Shown: in pieces, positions 26,596-39,765 of the stretch
Layout of the letters: each line of letters starts with the position of its first letter
Position numbering within the stretch: the first letter of the stretch is position 1
Source: Octopus sinensis
Lineage: Eukaryota
Length of the DNA stretch: 64,000 nt
Direction: 5' to 3'
NCBI RefSeq assembly: GCF_006345805.1
Contig: NC_043001.1
Location: 41,354,001 to 41,418,000 of the forward strand
Notes under the pieces: model-generated
Told to the model about the DNA's origin: nothing
Databases searched by the model: none
The model's input: the letters and a program-made list of their open reading frames with translations, nothing else
Program-made: the position numbers and the translations under genes

Positions 26596-27334
26596 TTAAT
26601 AAATATCATCTAACCCATGCCTGCATGGAAAAAGCAAACATAAAAACAAAATGATATACTTCTTTTATTAAATTAATGTAAACAACATACATGGCCAACA
26701 TGAATCATCAGATTACTTTTCAGTACCCTAAGTTTGAATTTAAAGGTTATAGCTTTTGGATTTTTATATTATTTATTAAAGAAGTTATAAACAATGAAAT
26801 ATGAGACAAAACTCACAAAATTAAAACAGAAGCTGATATTATCAAATGGAAAATCAGGAACATCTTTGTTTACAAGCTCTAAAGTCTAAAGTTCATTCAA
26901 GTTAAAAATAAAATCTCTAATACCTAAAGCAACTTAAATGATCATTTTAAATGAAAGCAACTCTATTAAATAACTTCAATTCCAAGATTAAAGCAGTGCT
27001 TGAAATTTTAACATGTTATATTACAATTAACATCGATTCAGAGTCAGTACATTTTTACTGAATGAATCCAGTGTCCTAATAATAGCTTCCAACTGCTACG
27101 ACTCCACAAATCTGCATCTGATACTTTTTGTAATTTACAATTAACAAAATCCAAATTTTCTTTATCCACTGACCTAGGCTAGTAATTTTTTATTTATTGA
27201 CTTCAAAAGGGTGAAAGCAAGGTTAACCTCAGTGGGATGTAAAGTTAGGGTAGAGAGAGCTAGAACAAATATAAAGTGTTTTATCTGATACACCAATAAC
27301 TGTGCTAATTTGTCTTGTGTATGTAAATATGTGT

Positions 27335-27680
27335 GTCTGTGTGGTAAGAAGCTTGCTTCCTAACCTCATGGTACTGGGTTCAGTCCCACTGCATGGCACC
27401 TTGGGCAAGTGTCTTCTACTATAGCCTTGTGAGTATATTTGGTAGATGAAAGGAGTCCTTCATGTGTATATATATGTGTATGTGTGTGTATTTGTGTCTG
27501 TGTTTGTCCCCACCCTATCGCTTGACAACAGGTGTCAGTGTGCTTATACCCCCATAACTTTAAGCAGTTTGGCAATAGAAGCCGATAGAATAAGTACTAG
27601 GCTTACAAAGAATAAGTCCAGGGGTCAATTTGTACGACTAAAAGTGGTGCTCCTGCATGACTGAAACAAAAGAATAAGAG
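27335..27680 (+). mobile_element. tRNA-headed SINE family A
   Basis: Head tgtgtggtaagaagcttgcttcc, B box gggttcagtccc and full body. Confidence 0.85.
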
Positions 27681-27720
27681 AATATGTGTGCATGTGTGTG
27701 TATATATATATATATATATA

Positions 27721-28010
27721 AATTAGAGAAAAACCACTATTATGTAATTCAAACAATTATAGACATAAACCATATCATATAGAAAAAATAAAATATACTA
27801 TAAAACCTATAACTAGATCACAAAAAGTACAAAAAAATGAATAAACTATATATAATAAGTAAAAAGACTATGTTGAATTACATAATAGTGGTTTTTCTCT
27901 AATTTATATATATTTTATATTTATACTGTGAAATTTGATTTAATACTAAATTGAAATTTCCCCGGTATGTTTGGGGTTATACTCCCTAATATTATTATTA
28001 TTATTATTAT
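27721..28010. repeat. Hairpin element: perfect 32-bp inverted repeat plus AT-rich tail ending in (ATT)n
   Basis: AATTAGAGAAAAACCACTATTATGTAATTCAA (27721-27752) and its exact reverse complement ending at about 27904. Confidence 0.8.
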
Positions 28011-28029
28011 ATATACATATATATATTGT

Positions 28030-28800
28030 AGGTATCAGTTAGAGGAAATAGGAATAAGGCTAACTCAACAGGGCTAAGTACATTTGGGAACTTAAGGATA
28101 AAAAATTAGATTTTAGTTTAAACTGGTGTATACTCACAAAAACAACCTCCTACAACACCACAAATAAACACTGCAATCTTCGCCTATCAGAACGCCTAGC
28201 TATACTTGCGGCTAAACAAGCCCTTCTGAACAGAAAATTTGAGAACAAAACTTTTTGTCTTCATGTGGGCCTTTATGTATTTTCAAAATACCAGTAGAGT
28301 AACCCCGTAACCCCTCTTGTTTTCATGCGGGCCTCTATGCCTTACATAATCCCAAATTTGAATACTCATCTATATGTCTAATTAACTAGGAAACACCTTA
28401 AATACTTACACACAAATAGTCACCCCACAAAACCACTTGCCTCCCCACCCACATTCCATAATAATACACTTTGCACATAGAGGGCCCCTCCTAGCACTAA
28501 GAACTTCCTAAACTTTAGCAATAAGATAATTATTAGCTATAATACATTTTTCAAACCCACCAAAATTTGATATGAGTTAGCTCCCTTTTCAGTCTGTTAG
28601 AATTACCCCCTTCACCCACACCAGCAGTGATAACTAATCGTAGAATATAAAAAACTCAATACACATGTGCGAAAAAATATGCTTAATTAAACTAGGAACC
28701 TCGCACCTAAATAATACTCAACCTGCCCTAATTACCCAACGAAACTAACCAGTCTACCACAAGCAAACCTCTACCCAGTGAATTTACTCGTGCAAGAACA
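28030..28800 (+). pseudogene. Second Penelope-like element 3' fragment and C-rich tail
   Basis: YIWELKDKKLDFSLNWCILTKTTSYNTTNKHCNLRLSERLAILAAKQALLNRKFE (28079-28250) resembles the PLE GIY-YIG C-terminus YIW.LKD....W.I...CNLCL.EK..I...LLN. Confidence 0.7.
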
Positions 28801-30848
28801 AAATTTAATGTAAGAATTACTACCTTTGTTTATATTACCATTACATGTGTATCATTTATTTTCGCATCCTAACCAATGCAGCTATCTATACTCACATTCT
28901 GAAGAGATTTACTTAAACCAGTAAATTGAAATGATTGTAAATGCTACCTTCATCTCTGCTTCTTCCTTCTTTGTTATCTAATTAAATTAAAGGCACACTA
29001 GCGAAAACCATGAGGTTCCCATTGTTATTATATCCATTTTCTTCTCATATATATATATACACACACACATACATGATACTTACCTAAGATGCTACATAAT
29101 ACCAACAAACCAAGAAGCCCAAAGAGAGATAGAAAGAAGGTATCTTATTTTTTTCTTAAGTGCAGGGAAACTGTCACTACGTTACAAAAAATGTATTCTT
29201 TCTAGGAATTAGGGCATGAATTGATAAAGGTTTTGCTGCTATTTCTAACAGATCAAGAATGATATTCCTTATAGAGTTGTTCACTGAAACAACACTAAAC
29301 ATGAAACTCACAAACATGTTTGTATGCAAACAGATATACAAGCTGTCTTTTTGCTACTAACTTCCTCTGTGTATGTGTATATGTATGGTGAATGTGTGTG
29401 TTCCCTCTTTCTCTATTTCATTGGTCTTATGTCAAATATATGTACAGAGTGGGGTAGGGTGATTGACAAAAACATACAAAATTGCTGCTTAGGTGTAATT
29501 CTTAATTTACACTGTTTGTGCTTGTGTTTTCCAGTTTCAGCTCTTGAGCTGTGGCCATGCTGGGGCACAAATTGTTTTAGAACATTGTCCAATAAGTATG
29601 TATGTAAGTATCCAAGTAAGTAAATGTGTGCATTCTATGAAAGCATCTTAGTATGTATCAATGTATGCAAGTATGAGGTACATGCATACACATACTTGGA
29701 TGGCTAGCCATGTCAATTCCTCTTTGGCAACAAACAGGATGTGTTGTTCCTAAAATGTTATTTCAGGGGGGAAAATGACATCATTCTGTTTGTACATATG
29801 CTGTAAAACTAGAAGGAAATTCTAACAGAAACTAAATTTTAAGAATCATGATTTCACAAAAACACACATAATAAGAAAGAGAAGAAGGGAAGGAGAAACA
29901 TAAACACTTCAGTGAAAACAAGAAAAGAAAGTACTCAATACTGAAAGTAGTATTGTATAATTTCAGTTTCTTGTTATGAAAGCTAGAACAAGAACATTGA
30001 TATATAACAAGCAAACAATGAAAAATGTTTGAAATTATAATAAAGACTGTGTAATTAATATCAAATATTAGAATCTTATTGGATAGCAATATAACCTTTG
30101 TTTGAAAAATAGGGGAGGGGTGTAAGACAGCAGAAGAAATAAATAACACAGAATAATTTAATGAGCTTCAGAAAATATACGTGTAAATAAAGATGCATTA
30201 ATTTAACTATTAGATCATACATTCATTCAAGCATGCATCTATCTATACATACAGGGTGCGATATGTATTTGAGGACACATTTGCAGAGTTATAGGTGTGC
30301 ATGTGTTGCTTTACACACATGCACAACCTTAACTCTGCATGTCTTTACTACATATGTGTACGCATGTTAGTTTCAACAAGTATAAAAGTTATTCAATAGT
30401 GTTATGTAAGTATGCATTGTACACTGCAGGTAGTCAGGGATAGTCTCTATGTAGTCATTTATCACCCAATGTGTACCAACATATGTGGATGTAATGTTAT
30501 ATGGATTTGATATTATTGAGCTCAGAAACAGTCAACGTCCACACTGGTCAATGCATTAAGGAATTAATGGTTACATGTTATAAAATGTGATAAGGACAGT
30601 AATAGTACCTTATATTCCATAGCATTGCTTTTGTTATAAGTATGTCTCAGGTATATACAACTAATAGGATAGCAGAAGAGGGATTACGCAGGGATGAAGA
30701 CAAAGAAAGGGGTTCATGTCTACAATATAGTATTCAATTAGTGTAAACAAATGAGGAAAGGTTACAGCTAATACTATAGTGTTGGGTTGGAGTGTATTTC
30801 ATCATAGTTAGGGATATTACTAATGTTTAGTAGATAAACATCCACTCC

Positions 30849-30891
<43 letters not shown>

Positions 30892-31439
30892 CAGTAAATC
30901 CCTAATTTCTTTTATTTATTTAGTAAATTTCTAGTGTTCGCTACGAGAATCTCTAACCCCTATCTAGTATACAGTTACAAGGATGTCTATCCCCACCCCC
31001 AGTACAGAAGGGCAGACTCCCATCATCAACCTTTTCTATTGTTAATATTTCTAGATGTCAGGTTATGAATGTATTCTGCTAGAAAAGTTAAGAACTTAAG
31101 CCTAAGGGGAGAAAATGCATATGCATCAAAATGCACTGCCCCATGGCAGTATATCCACTACACATTTGTATGCAATTTTCTCTCAGGGGCATTGAATGGA
31201 AGTTCTGAAGTTACATCTAGGTGGTGGGGCACTATAGTCATCTGGTCTATTAATTTATTCTATTCATAGTGGAATTCAGCAGAGTACCAGCCCCACAGAT
31301 TCATTGGCATTTTCTAAGAAATTGAGTCCAATTCTATTCATATAGGTGTTCATATCTACACGATTCCTATTCTAAACACTACTAACATGCATAACTGGGG
31401 TGTGTGATGAACACCATATTGTACTTCCTGCTACATGTG

Positions 31440-31610
31440 CAGGCATGGCTATGTGGTCAAGGAGCTTGCTTAGCAATCTGTGGCTTTGGATTCAGTCCCA
31501 CTGTGCTGTGGTTTGGGCAAGCATTGTCTTCTATACTGACCAGTCTTCTTCTCCCAGACTGACCAATTCTTTATGAGTGAATTTGGTAGACAGGAACTGT
31601 ATAGAAGCCC
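31440..31610 (+). mobile_element. tRNA-headed SINE family A
   Basis: aggcatggctatgtggtcaaggagcttgctt...ggattcagtcccactg. Confidence 0.7.
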
Positions 31611-31951
31611 ATTGTGTGTGTGTGCATGCATGTGTATATATGAGTATATATATAAAATATATGCATTGCATTGAGTCGAACCAGGGACAGCTGATGAAGG
31701 GGAATTTTCCTTGTATTGTTTCTCCTGTACTCAGTTTTTTCGTTGTTTAAAAAAAGTCTGTTTCCTTGTTTGATTTTATGTTTTCGTCTCTCGTTGTGTT
31801 CTACGTTTATTTGTGGTGTCCTGTACTCTTATATATATATATATGCATGTATATATACATGTAGATGTATGTACATATATGTATATATTTTATTTATTTA
31901 TTATATTATTATATGACCGAACGTACGCATTATTTCTCTTCTCCAAGTAAG

Positions 31952-32115
<164 letters not shown>

Positions 32116-32330
32116 TTGTCACTCACTTTAGTGACTATATCTGTTGCCGTTCACTTGTAAATTGAAAGTAGCCACCATGATAATTTGAGTGTATGTGTAC
32201 GCCACTGTTCACAAATAATAAAGATTGACTGATAATCAGTAATGCAAAAAAGGTTGGCAAAAGGAAAAGTAGAAAATTTAACACGAATGTTAAAAAAATT
32301 GGAATATCTATTATTTTTATTATATGTGTG

Positions 32331-33163
32331 TGTGCTCTGATCAATAGGTCTCCGGACTGTTGCCATAGTAATGAAGTTAAAGCATGCAGAGTCTATACAA
32401 AACATGTGCACTAAGTTTTAATGTTCTAGCTCACTTCCGCTGTTTCCAGCAGTGCTTGGAAGTAATGTGTGTAACATGTGACTGTCACATTGACCATAAC
32501 AGAAAGTTGAGCAGAAAATCTGCATCAAATTTTGCCAAAAGCTTGGCAATACCTGCTCAGAGGCCAACACAAAGTTTCCAAAAAGTATTCATCATTCTTG
32601 ATATAATCAAGGAAATCTTGTGCACTGAATCCTGAGTGAATTTTTGGTCAGCTGAAAGCAGTTTTTGGCACAAACTTGGCAGACACATGTCCCATACCCA
32701 AATCTTCAGTGATAATAGATGGAACTGAACTGTAACTAATCTGCACATCCTCTGATAACTCACAGATGATGATACAATGACTCCCCCTCACAGCTGCACG
32801 TACATTTGCAATGTTTTTCTCTGCTGTGCTGGTTGTGGGTCTCCCAGAACATTCATCACTATTGACATTTTTTCAGCTATCTTAGAAATGTCTGAAGCAC
32901 TCATACACTCCTCTCCATACACTTTCTGCAACTTTGCGTAAGAGGTATCACCATGACAACTTTGTCATGGTCAATGTGACAATCACATGTTACACACCTT
33001 CCTTCCAAGCACTGCTGTAAAAAGCGGAAGTGTGCTAAAAAATGTTAAAACTTAGTGTGCATGTGCAGCAGAGGTCAAGGTCAATTTGTACTAAGTGTCT
33101 TTACTTTGTGTGCTTTATCTTCATTACTAGGCAACAGTCCAAATACTTATTGATCAGACTTTG
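32331..33163. mobile_element. Mariner-derived foldback element made of two inverted 5' ends
   Basis: TCTGATCAATA(A/G)GT TIR at both ends facing outward, ~180-210-bp inverted arms. Plus arm reads EQKICIKFCQKLGNTCSE; minus arm reads KVYGEECMS...DECSGRPTTS...VSAKFVPK. Confidence 0.85.
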
Positions 33164-33169
33164 TATGTA

Positions 33170-33221
<52 letters not shown>

Positions 33222-33829
33222 TATTTGGTTTCATATAAATTATTGATAACCAAACTGAACTTGTCAGGTTGTGTTGGTAGCTAATAAAAAAAAAAATTTA
33301 ACAGGTGAGGTTTACTTATAGCTATCCACTATGCAACAGCCCAGACAAGCAGGCACAGAATAGACAATAACAAAAATTAGACAACTCACTTTATGAGCCA
33401 GTGAGGGAGTTTGTACATAGCTGCTTGATTTGCAAGAAATAACAACCAGATACCTCAAATCTTATTCTACTGTCTTAAAAATGGAGAAATATTGTGGGAA
33501 AGATACACAAAAAGACAGGATCACCATAACTGGACTGACCAGGAGTGAAACATTCTTGTTGATCCTAACTACTTCAGGATTTCTGAGAGATTTTAGTGAA
33601 ATGGATTCCATAGCTTAACTCAGTACTGTAATTATTAAATTAAATTATCAATTTGTACTCTTACTGACTGCAGCATTCACTAGTACCTATCAATGACAGT
33701 ACAATGCTAACAAAAAAACCTTTAAGTGGTTGCTCAATCTGTTGAAACAACAACCAAATTACCATCAAGCCATGATTTACCCTCTTAAAATAAAGAAATG
33801 ACAACATAATAAATAAAGTAGTCCTGGAT

Positions 33830-34025
33830 ATACTGGGATCCTCAGACCTCTTGTGGTCCGCAAAGATAGTATTGGGGGCCTGTGAACTGTACTCAAAATT
33901 TCATAAATATATAAATACACACACACACACACATACATAAGGTTAAGCATATTAAAAGGAGTCCATGGGAAAACCCATTTGAATAAAACTGTTGGGAACC
34001 ACTGTGAAAAGGTTGGGAATCAGTG
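33830..34025. mobile_element. Possible hAT (Charlie-like) MITE end
   Basis: TTGGGAACCACTG (reverse complement of CAGTGGTTCCCAA) plus a second degenerate copy; no matching left TIR found. Confidence 0.35.
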
Positions 34026-35532
34026 GTCTAGTGTATGTGTGCATGCACGTGCATATGTGCATGTAAGCAATTTTAGGAAGCAATATATTTTCAAATAGCC
34101 AACAAGTTCTCAACTGAATTCTGCAACTACATAAGAGATAGCATTGAATTACAGAAGTTTCCTTTTCTATTTTTCTAAGACAAAGTATCAATCATTACAT
34201 GAAGTACAAATGTTCTACTACTCTCACTGTTTTATCCAACTACAGATAAAACAGTTGAATAAAACAATACACATACACACACATCTACATACATAAAACG
34301 TTTATATATGTATGTATATGTGTTCATTGCGCCTACTTAGGATTTCAGCTTCTTTAGTCTTGTGATAGCACACTTTATAAAATGATTCAGTTTTCTAGCT
34401 TTGTTTTATCAGTCTTTAGTTTCCTTTAATAGCTAAGCCAGCAAATGATGCGACAAACTTATGACACTAAATGGTTATATTTCGTGTAGCAGTTAAAGGG
34501 TTAAATAAACTTCATAAAAAAACATTTACGTTCAGATGATTTATTTTCAATGTAATTTCCTGATTTTGGAGTATTTGTTTCGAGTAGGAGGAAGTGCTCA
34601 CGAGAACTGATCATGACAAACACTATCTATGTCTGAATCCATGCCAAATGTTAGCTTAATTTAGTGGTCAAAATTGAAAACGTTCCAACATTAGTTGCTT
34701 CTTTATCTGCCAATTCCTATTTTCTGAGTTCTAAACTCTAACCTTTGTACTATCTACATCACTGTAAAATAAATACCCTCAGTACATGAAAAAGAGTGGA
34801 TTCCAAGTTAGCAATACCCTGTCTCTCACTTGAAGAGAAAATATTTTGAAAGGGAGGAGGAAAATACTCAAAATGATAGATACATATACGTATTTATACA
34901 CGTTTATTCATGTGAACATACATATATTCCAAGGACAAATTCTGTATTATGCTATTATAAAGCACTATTTCACATCTTCTATTTATAATTTAAATATACT
35001 ATCATTTAAACACCATTTCTGTATCCACAGTATACACCACACACTGTCTGCGTAACTGAGCGTACCTACATACACACAAGACTATGATGATATATAAAGT
35101 ATCTTTCCTACAGATATTTTTAATCTTTTCAAACTGATTCTTATCTTCATCTGCTAATCCAGTATATATAACTGCATACCATCCAATATTTTTATTTATA
35201 ACAGAAGATACAAAGGACAGACAACACTTGCATTATAATTTTCGGGAAACTTCAAAATATTTGAGGGTGTCAGCTAAAATCAAACTTCACCATACATGGA
35301 TAAAGTATTCAGGATTTAGAATAACATCCTAAACAACTGCTTATCCAAAGAGTATTAGCAAAATTGAGTCACATACTTCAAAGTTGTCTCTACTCACTTC
35401 TTTTAACTTTAAATCAGAGTTCATTTCATAACAGTATGATGAGATTAATATTAATCAGACTTTCAAATATATTTTCTTTTCTGTAACAAACAAAAAGGTA
35501 GGTAGGTAGGTGTAGGTATGTGTTTGTGGATG

Positions 35533-35574
<42 letters not shown>

Positions 35575-36050
35575 AATCGAAATCAAATTCGATGACTGGC
35601 ATCCGTGCTAGTGGAGTGCTAAGAGCACCATATGAGCGGGATCGTTGCCAGAGCAGCTAACTGGTTGTGCTGGTGGCATGTAAAAAGCACCATTCGAGCA
35701 TGATCGTTACCAGCATCACCTTACTGGCACCTGTGCCGGCGGCACATGAAAAAACATTCGAGCAATGTCGTTGCCAGTGCCACTGGACTGGCTCCTGTGC
35801 AGGTGGTACGTAAAAAGCACCATTTGAGCGTGGCCGTTGCCAGTACTGCCTGACCAGCCCTCGTGCCGGTGGCACGTAAAAGCACCCACTACACTCTTGG
35901 AGTGGTTGGCGTTAGGAAGGGCATCCAGCTGTAAAAAAACTCTGCCAGATCAGATTGGAGCCTAGTGCAGCCATCTGGTTTGCCAGTCCTCAGTCAAATC
36001 ATCCAACCCATGCTAGCATAGAAAGCGGACGTTAAATGATGATGATGATT
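35575..36050 (+). mobile_element. Headless RTE-tail repeat (family D), five ~60-bp units
   Basis: Five ACTGGC...GTGCYGGTGGCAYGTAAAAAGCACC...GTTGCCAG units, core and (GAT)n tail. Confidence 0.85.
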
Positions 36051-37824
36051 TATATATCATCTGTGGCAGCGCTAGGAACCATCAAACTATCAATCAGTTT
36101 GGGAGCTAAATCATTTTCTCTCTTAGCTGTTCTACTGTTGCATAAGTGGGTTGAAGTGATATAGTGCCACATTATTAATAAGTGGAAATACATACATAAT
36201 CATATACTTTCACCCTTTGTCCTGGTTGTAATAAGAAAACTTCAAAAATAGTGCTACTGTCTTAGGTGCTGGAACCACACATTTCAAATACTAATCCTTT
36301 GATAACCTGGCCAACAGAGAGGCAAAAGTAGAATAACCCCAAAATGAAAAATTATTCAGACGAGAGAAATTAGCAACAATTAATCTTAAAGAAGCTTGAG
36401 TTAAAAGTCATACAGTGACAGAGTACAGTAACTGAAGAGATATCAATTAGCAAATTTCTCAGTAGTTTATAAAACTAAATTTGATTCCTGCTAAAATTAA
36501 CTATGACTTTTCATTTAGTCTACAGTGCTGAGTCATATACAAGTTTTCAATTGCCTAGTTTAGTTATTTATATACGCTTAGTCCAAACCAATATCCAACA
36601 ACAACAATAACAACAAAACAAAAGAATTTCACAATTTAACATCAAATAATATCATGTCTGCAGACTAGAAATGAACCTATATCGTCTTTTTCTACAGGCT
36701 GATAAAAAAAAAATTCTATCCTGAATATTCAACTGGCAGTCTGAGATATCAGATTGTAGCCTCAAGTAACATTGATGCAATGACAAAGAAAATTGTGAAG
36801 ATCTCAGAATTTTTCTTTATATAATTATATATTTAGGAGTTCAATAAAATTTTACCGTTTTTATACCACAAAGCTTTGACTAGTTCATAATAAACACAAT
36901 TATTTTTGCTGATATTTCCCTCTTGATTCTTTGAAGTTATATAATTGCTTCCTAACCCATCCTACTAATGTGTTTCTTCTTCTTTCTTTTTTAACACTAC
37001 CAGCTGAGAGAATTCAAGACTAATAGCTTTTAATCTAATTATCCATCATGCCATGCAATCCTGAAGCTTAAACTGTCAAAATTTTTCAATCTATTTATTT
37101 TATATTTATACAGCATTTTGATGTCTGTAATTCTAAATGTATTTCATCAATATGAAAATAAATCATTGAATATTTTTTGGTAAGAAATTGTGCAATTCAA
37201 GTTTAAAGAGAAACAGTACAAACTATTTTAAAGTGTCAAAACTGTTCTGCTACCATATTAATACCACAGCCAATATTCAACCCAATTTCCAAAGTCAACT
37301 TGAAAAGGTCCAAAATCCTCTGATTTATGAATTTTTTATTTTCTATAATGAACTCAACAAGATGGTGCTTTCTAGTATCATATTCAGAGTTATCTCGTTG
37401 ACAAGGTCATACTGACATTTAATCCCCATATTCTCTCTTACATTAACTCTAATAGACAATTTGCAAATACTATTCTTAATTTATTCAATTTAGAAGCTGT
37501 GTTTGGTACTGCAAAATAAACAATCCTATATACATATATTTAACCTAGACTCAACCATAAAGGAATAAAAATTGTTGATTACTTGATTAGATTATATTTA
37601 AGCCCATATATCTTCCAAATGAAAGTTGCCTTATATTAGAGAAAGCAGAGAGTTATATAGGCTAAAATAGTGAGGAAACGTAGAAGATAACATACATGTT
37701 TTATCTTAGCTAAATTTAAATGCCTTAATATATTAAGACATTAATTAAGATAACTTGTTATAAAGACAACTTTATAGGATTGGTTATTTTATAAGGAAAC
37801 CAAATTCTATATTGCATACATATA

Positions 37825-38609
37825 TTGGGGTATCCCATAAATAATGTAGTTTTTTTAATTTCAATTGCATGAACTAAAAGTCAGAGGGGGATGGGATAAA
37901 CTACCTGTATCAACTTGCTATAAAAACAGGTAGTAATTTTACCTTGTCCTTATTCTTAGTGCAAGTTCGATTTTAAGTTATTTTTTTCAAATCTATAATG
38001 GAATTGACAAAGGAGCATATTTGGCATACTTTGTGCTTTATGAATACAATAAAGACATCCATGTAAGGTGTTATTATCTGTTTGATGGGATATGAAAGGT
38101 TTAGTCCACTTTGAACATTTAAACCCAAACCAAATGATAACAAAGGAGATCTACTGCAAGCAACTTGAGCGGCTTAAGTCAGTTCTAGAAGAAAAATTAC
38201 CATCTTTGGTTTCAAGACGAAAGGTGTTCTGCCATCAGGATAATGCTTGGCCACAGACAGCAAGGATTACATTCCAAAGGTTGGAGCAGTTTAAATGGGA
38301 AATGATACTGTACCCACCATATTCACTGGACATTGCTCCATCTGATTATTATTTATTCCACAGTCTTCAAAATCATTTGGACAGAAAAAATATGAATTCT
38401 GTAGATGAGGTCAGAACAGTACTGGAGGAGTATTTTTCATCACAGACAAGTGAATTTTAGAAGAGGGGCCTTGCAAGTTGACCAGATAGATGGAAGAGCA
38501 TTGTAGAAAATGGAGAGTATATTTTAGATTAAAAAAGAACTTTGTTTATCATAATTTTGAAAATTAAATAAGTATAAAAAAAAAACTTAGATTTATGAGA
38601 TGAACCAAT
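37825..38609 (+). mobile_element. Internally deleted mariner with both TIRs and TA TSD
   Basis: TA|TTGGGGTATCCCATAAAT...ATTTATGAGATGAACCAA|TA. MELTKEHIW joins directly to the catalytic domain; ORF 38092-38460 has HQDNA and YSLDIAPSDY. Confidence 0.9.
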
Positions 38610-39579
38610 ACTTCTCTTTTCTCTGGATGATGCATAACACATTTTTGATTTTAAATAGAGACAACTGTCTTGTAACATTCAATTGCATTTTATCAAGTGT
38701 TTATTATTCTTTCAATTAAAGGCCATTTTACATTTACCAATATAGCCTTTTCTTGCATTTGAACCTTTTTTTTTGTGGGTGTCATTTATAGTTAACATAT
38801 CTTAATGCTGACTTTATTATCTCCTGGAGAAATGAAGGTGAAGTTGACAACAATAGCACTTAAACCCAGAACAATGAAGCAGAGAACAAGATACAATTTA
38901 TTATTCTTGGTATTTTAAAAGGCTTCTCTAATTAAGAGATTAATAAGAAAGAAAACTAAACAGCTGATTATAACGCTAAGAGACAGACAGACACACACAT
39001 GTGCACATGCATGTGTGTATGCACATGTGCGCACGCACACACACACACACAATACTGTGGTAAGTTATCATTGAACTGAATCTATATCCCAAAACAAAGT
39101 CTGCAACCCAATTTTAATTCTCAGCTGGAATCACTTCAACATCACTAATGCTCTTGGGAAAAAAGACATGAGTGTTACAACTTTCTAGCTCTTTTCCCTT
39201 TATAAATTTGGTGGTATATGCCTATGATAAAAATCTATGTGTGTGTGTGTGCGCATGTCAGAAATACAGTGAATTTAAATCCATGAAAGAAATATTTGAT
39301 GTGGTATTGAAAAATAAAAACATTTTTTTCATTTTATCTCAATGTTATCATAGAATTCTTACTAAAAGAAAAAGAATTCATCATCATTCTTACAAAAAGA
39401 AAGAAACTGAATTAATTTTCTTTATATTTAGTCAGTAATATTTTCACAAAACTACAATTCCAAATTGGGAAAAATTTTCTAACACCTTTATGTTTCAATT
39501 TCTATCCTTCTTCAATGAAAATAAAAAAAAAAGAAACATTAATAAAAATTATTTTTTACAAATGCACGAAGTTAAAACT

Positions 39580-39765
39580 TCAATGGTAGGGGACAAATGA
39601 TTATAATGAACCCCAACACATGATTGTTACTTTATTTTATTGACTTCAGAAGGATGGAAAGCAAAACCGACTTCTCTGGAATTTGAACTCAAAACGTAAA
39701 GAGCGAGAACAAATACCAATATGCATTTGTCTGGCACACTAAAGATTCTGTCAAAGCACTGTTCT
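39580..39765 (-). mobile_element. SINE family B, degenerate
   Basis: ggaatttgaactcaaaacgtaaag and ttgacttcagaaggatggaaagcaaaaccgac match family B on the minus strand. Confidence 0.65.

Noticed and set aside
35590-35885. Regularly spaced ~60-bp repeats resembling a CRISPR array
   Set aside because: The whole unit is homologous with no unique spacers, the context is a eukaryotic retroelement, and there are no cas genes.
38092-38460. 122-aa ORF as a SETMAR-like host gene
   Set aside because: It lies between TIRs, has flanking in-frame stops and lacks the N-terminal domain, so it is a mariner remnant.
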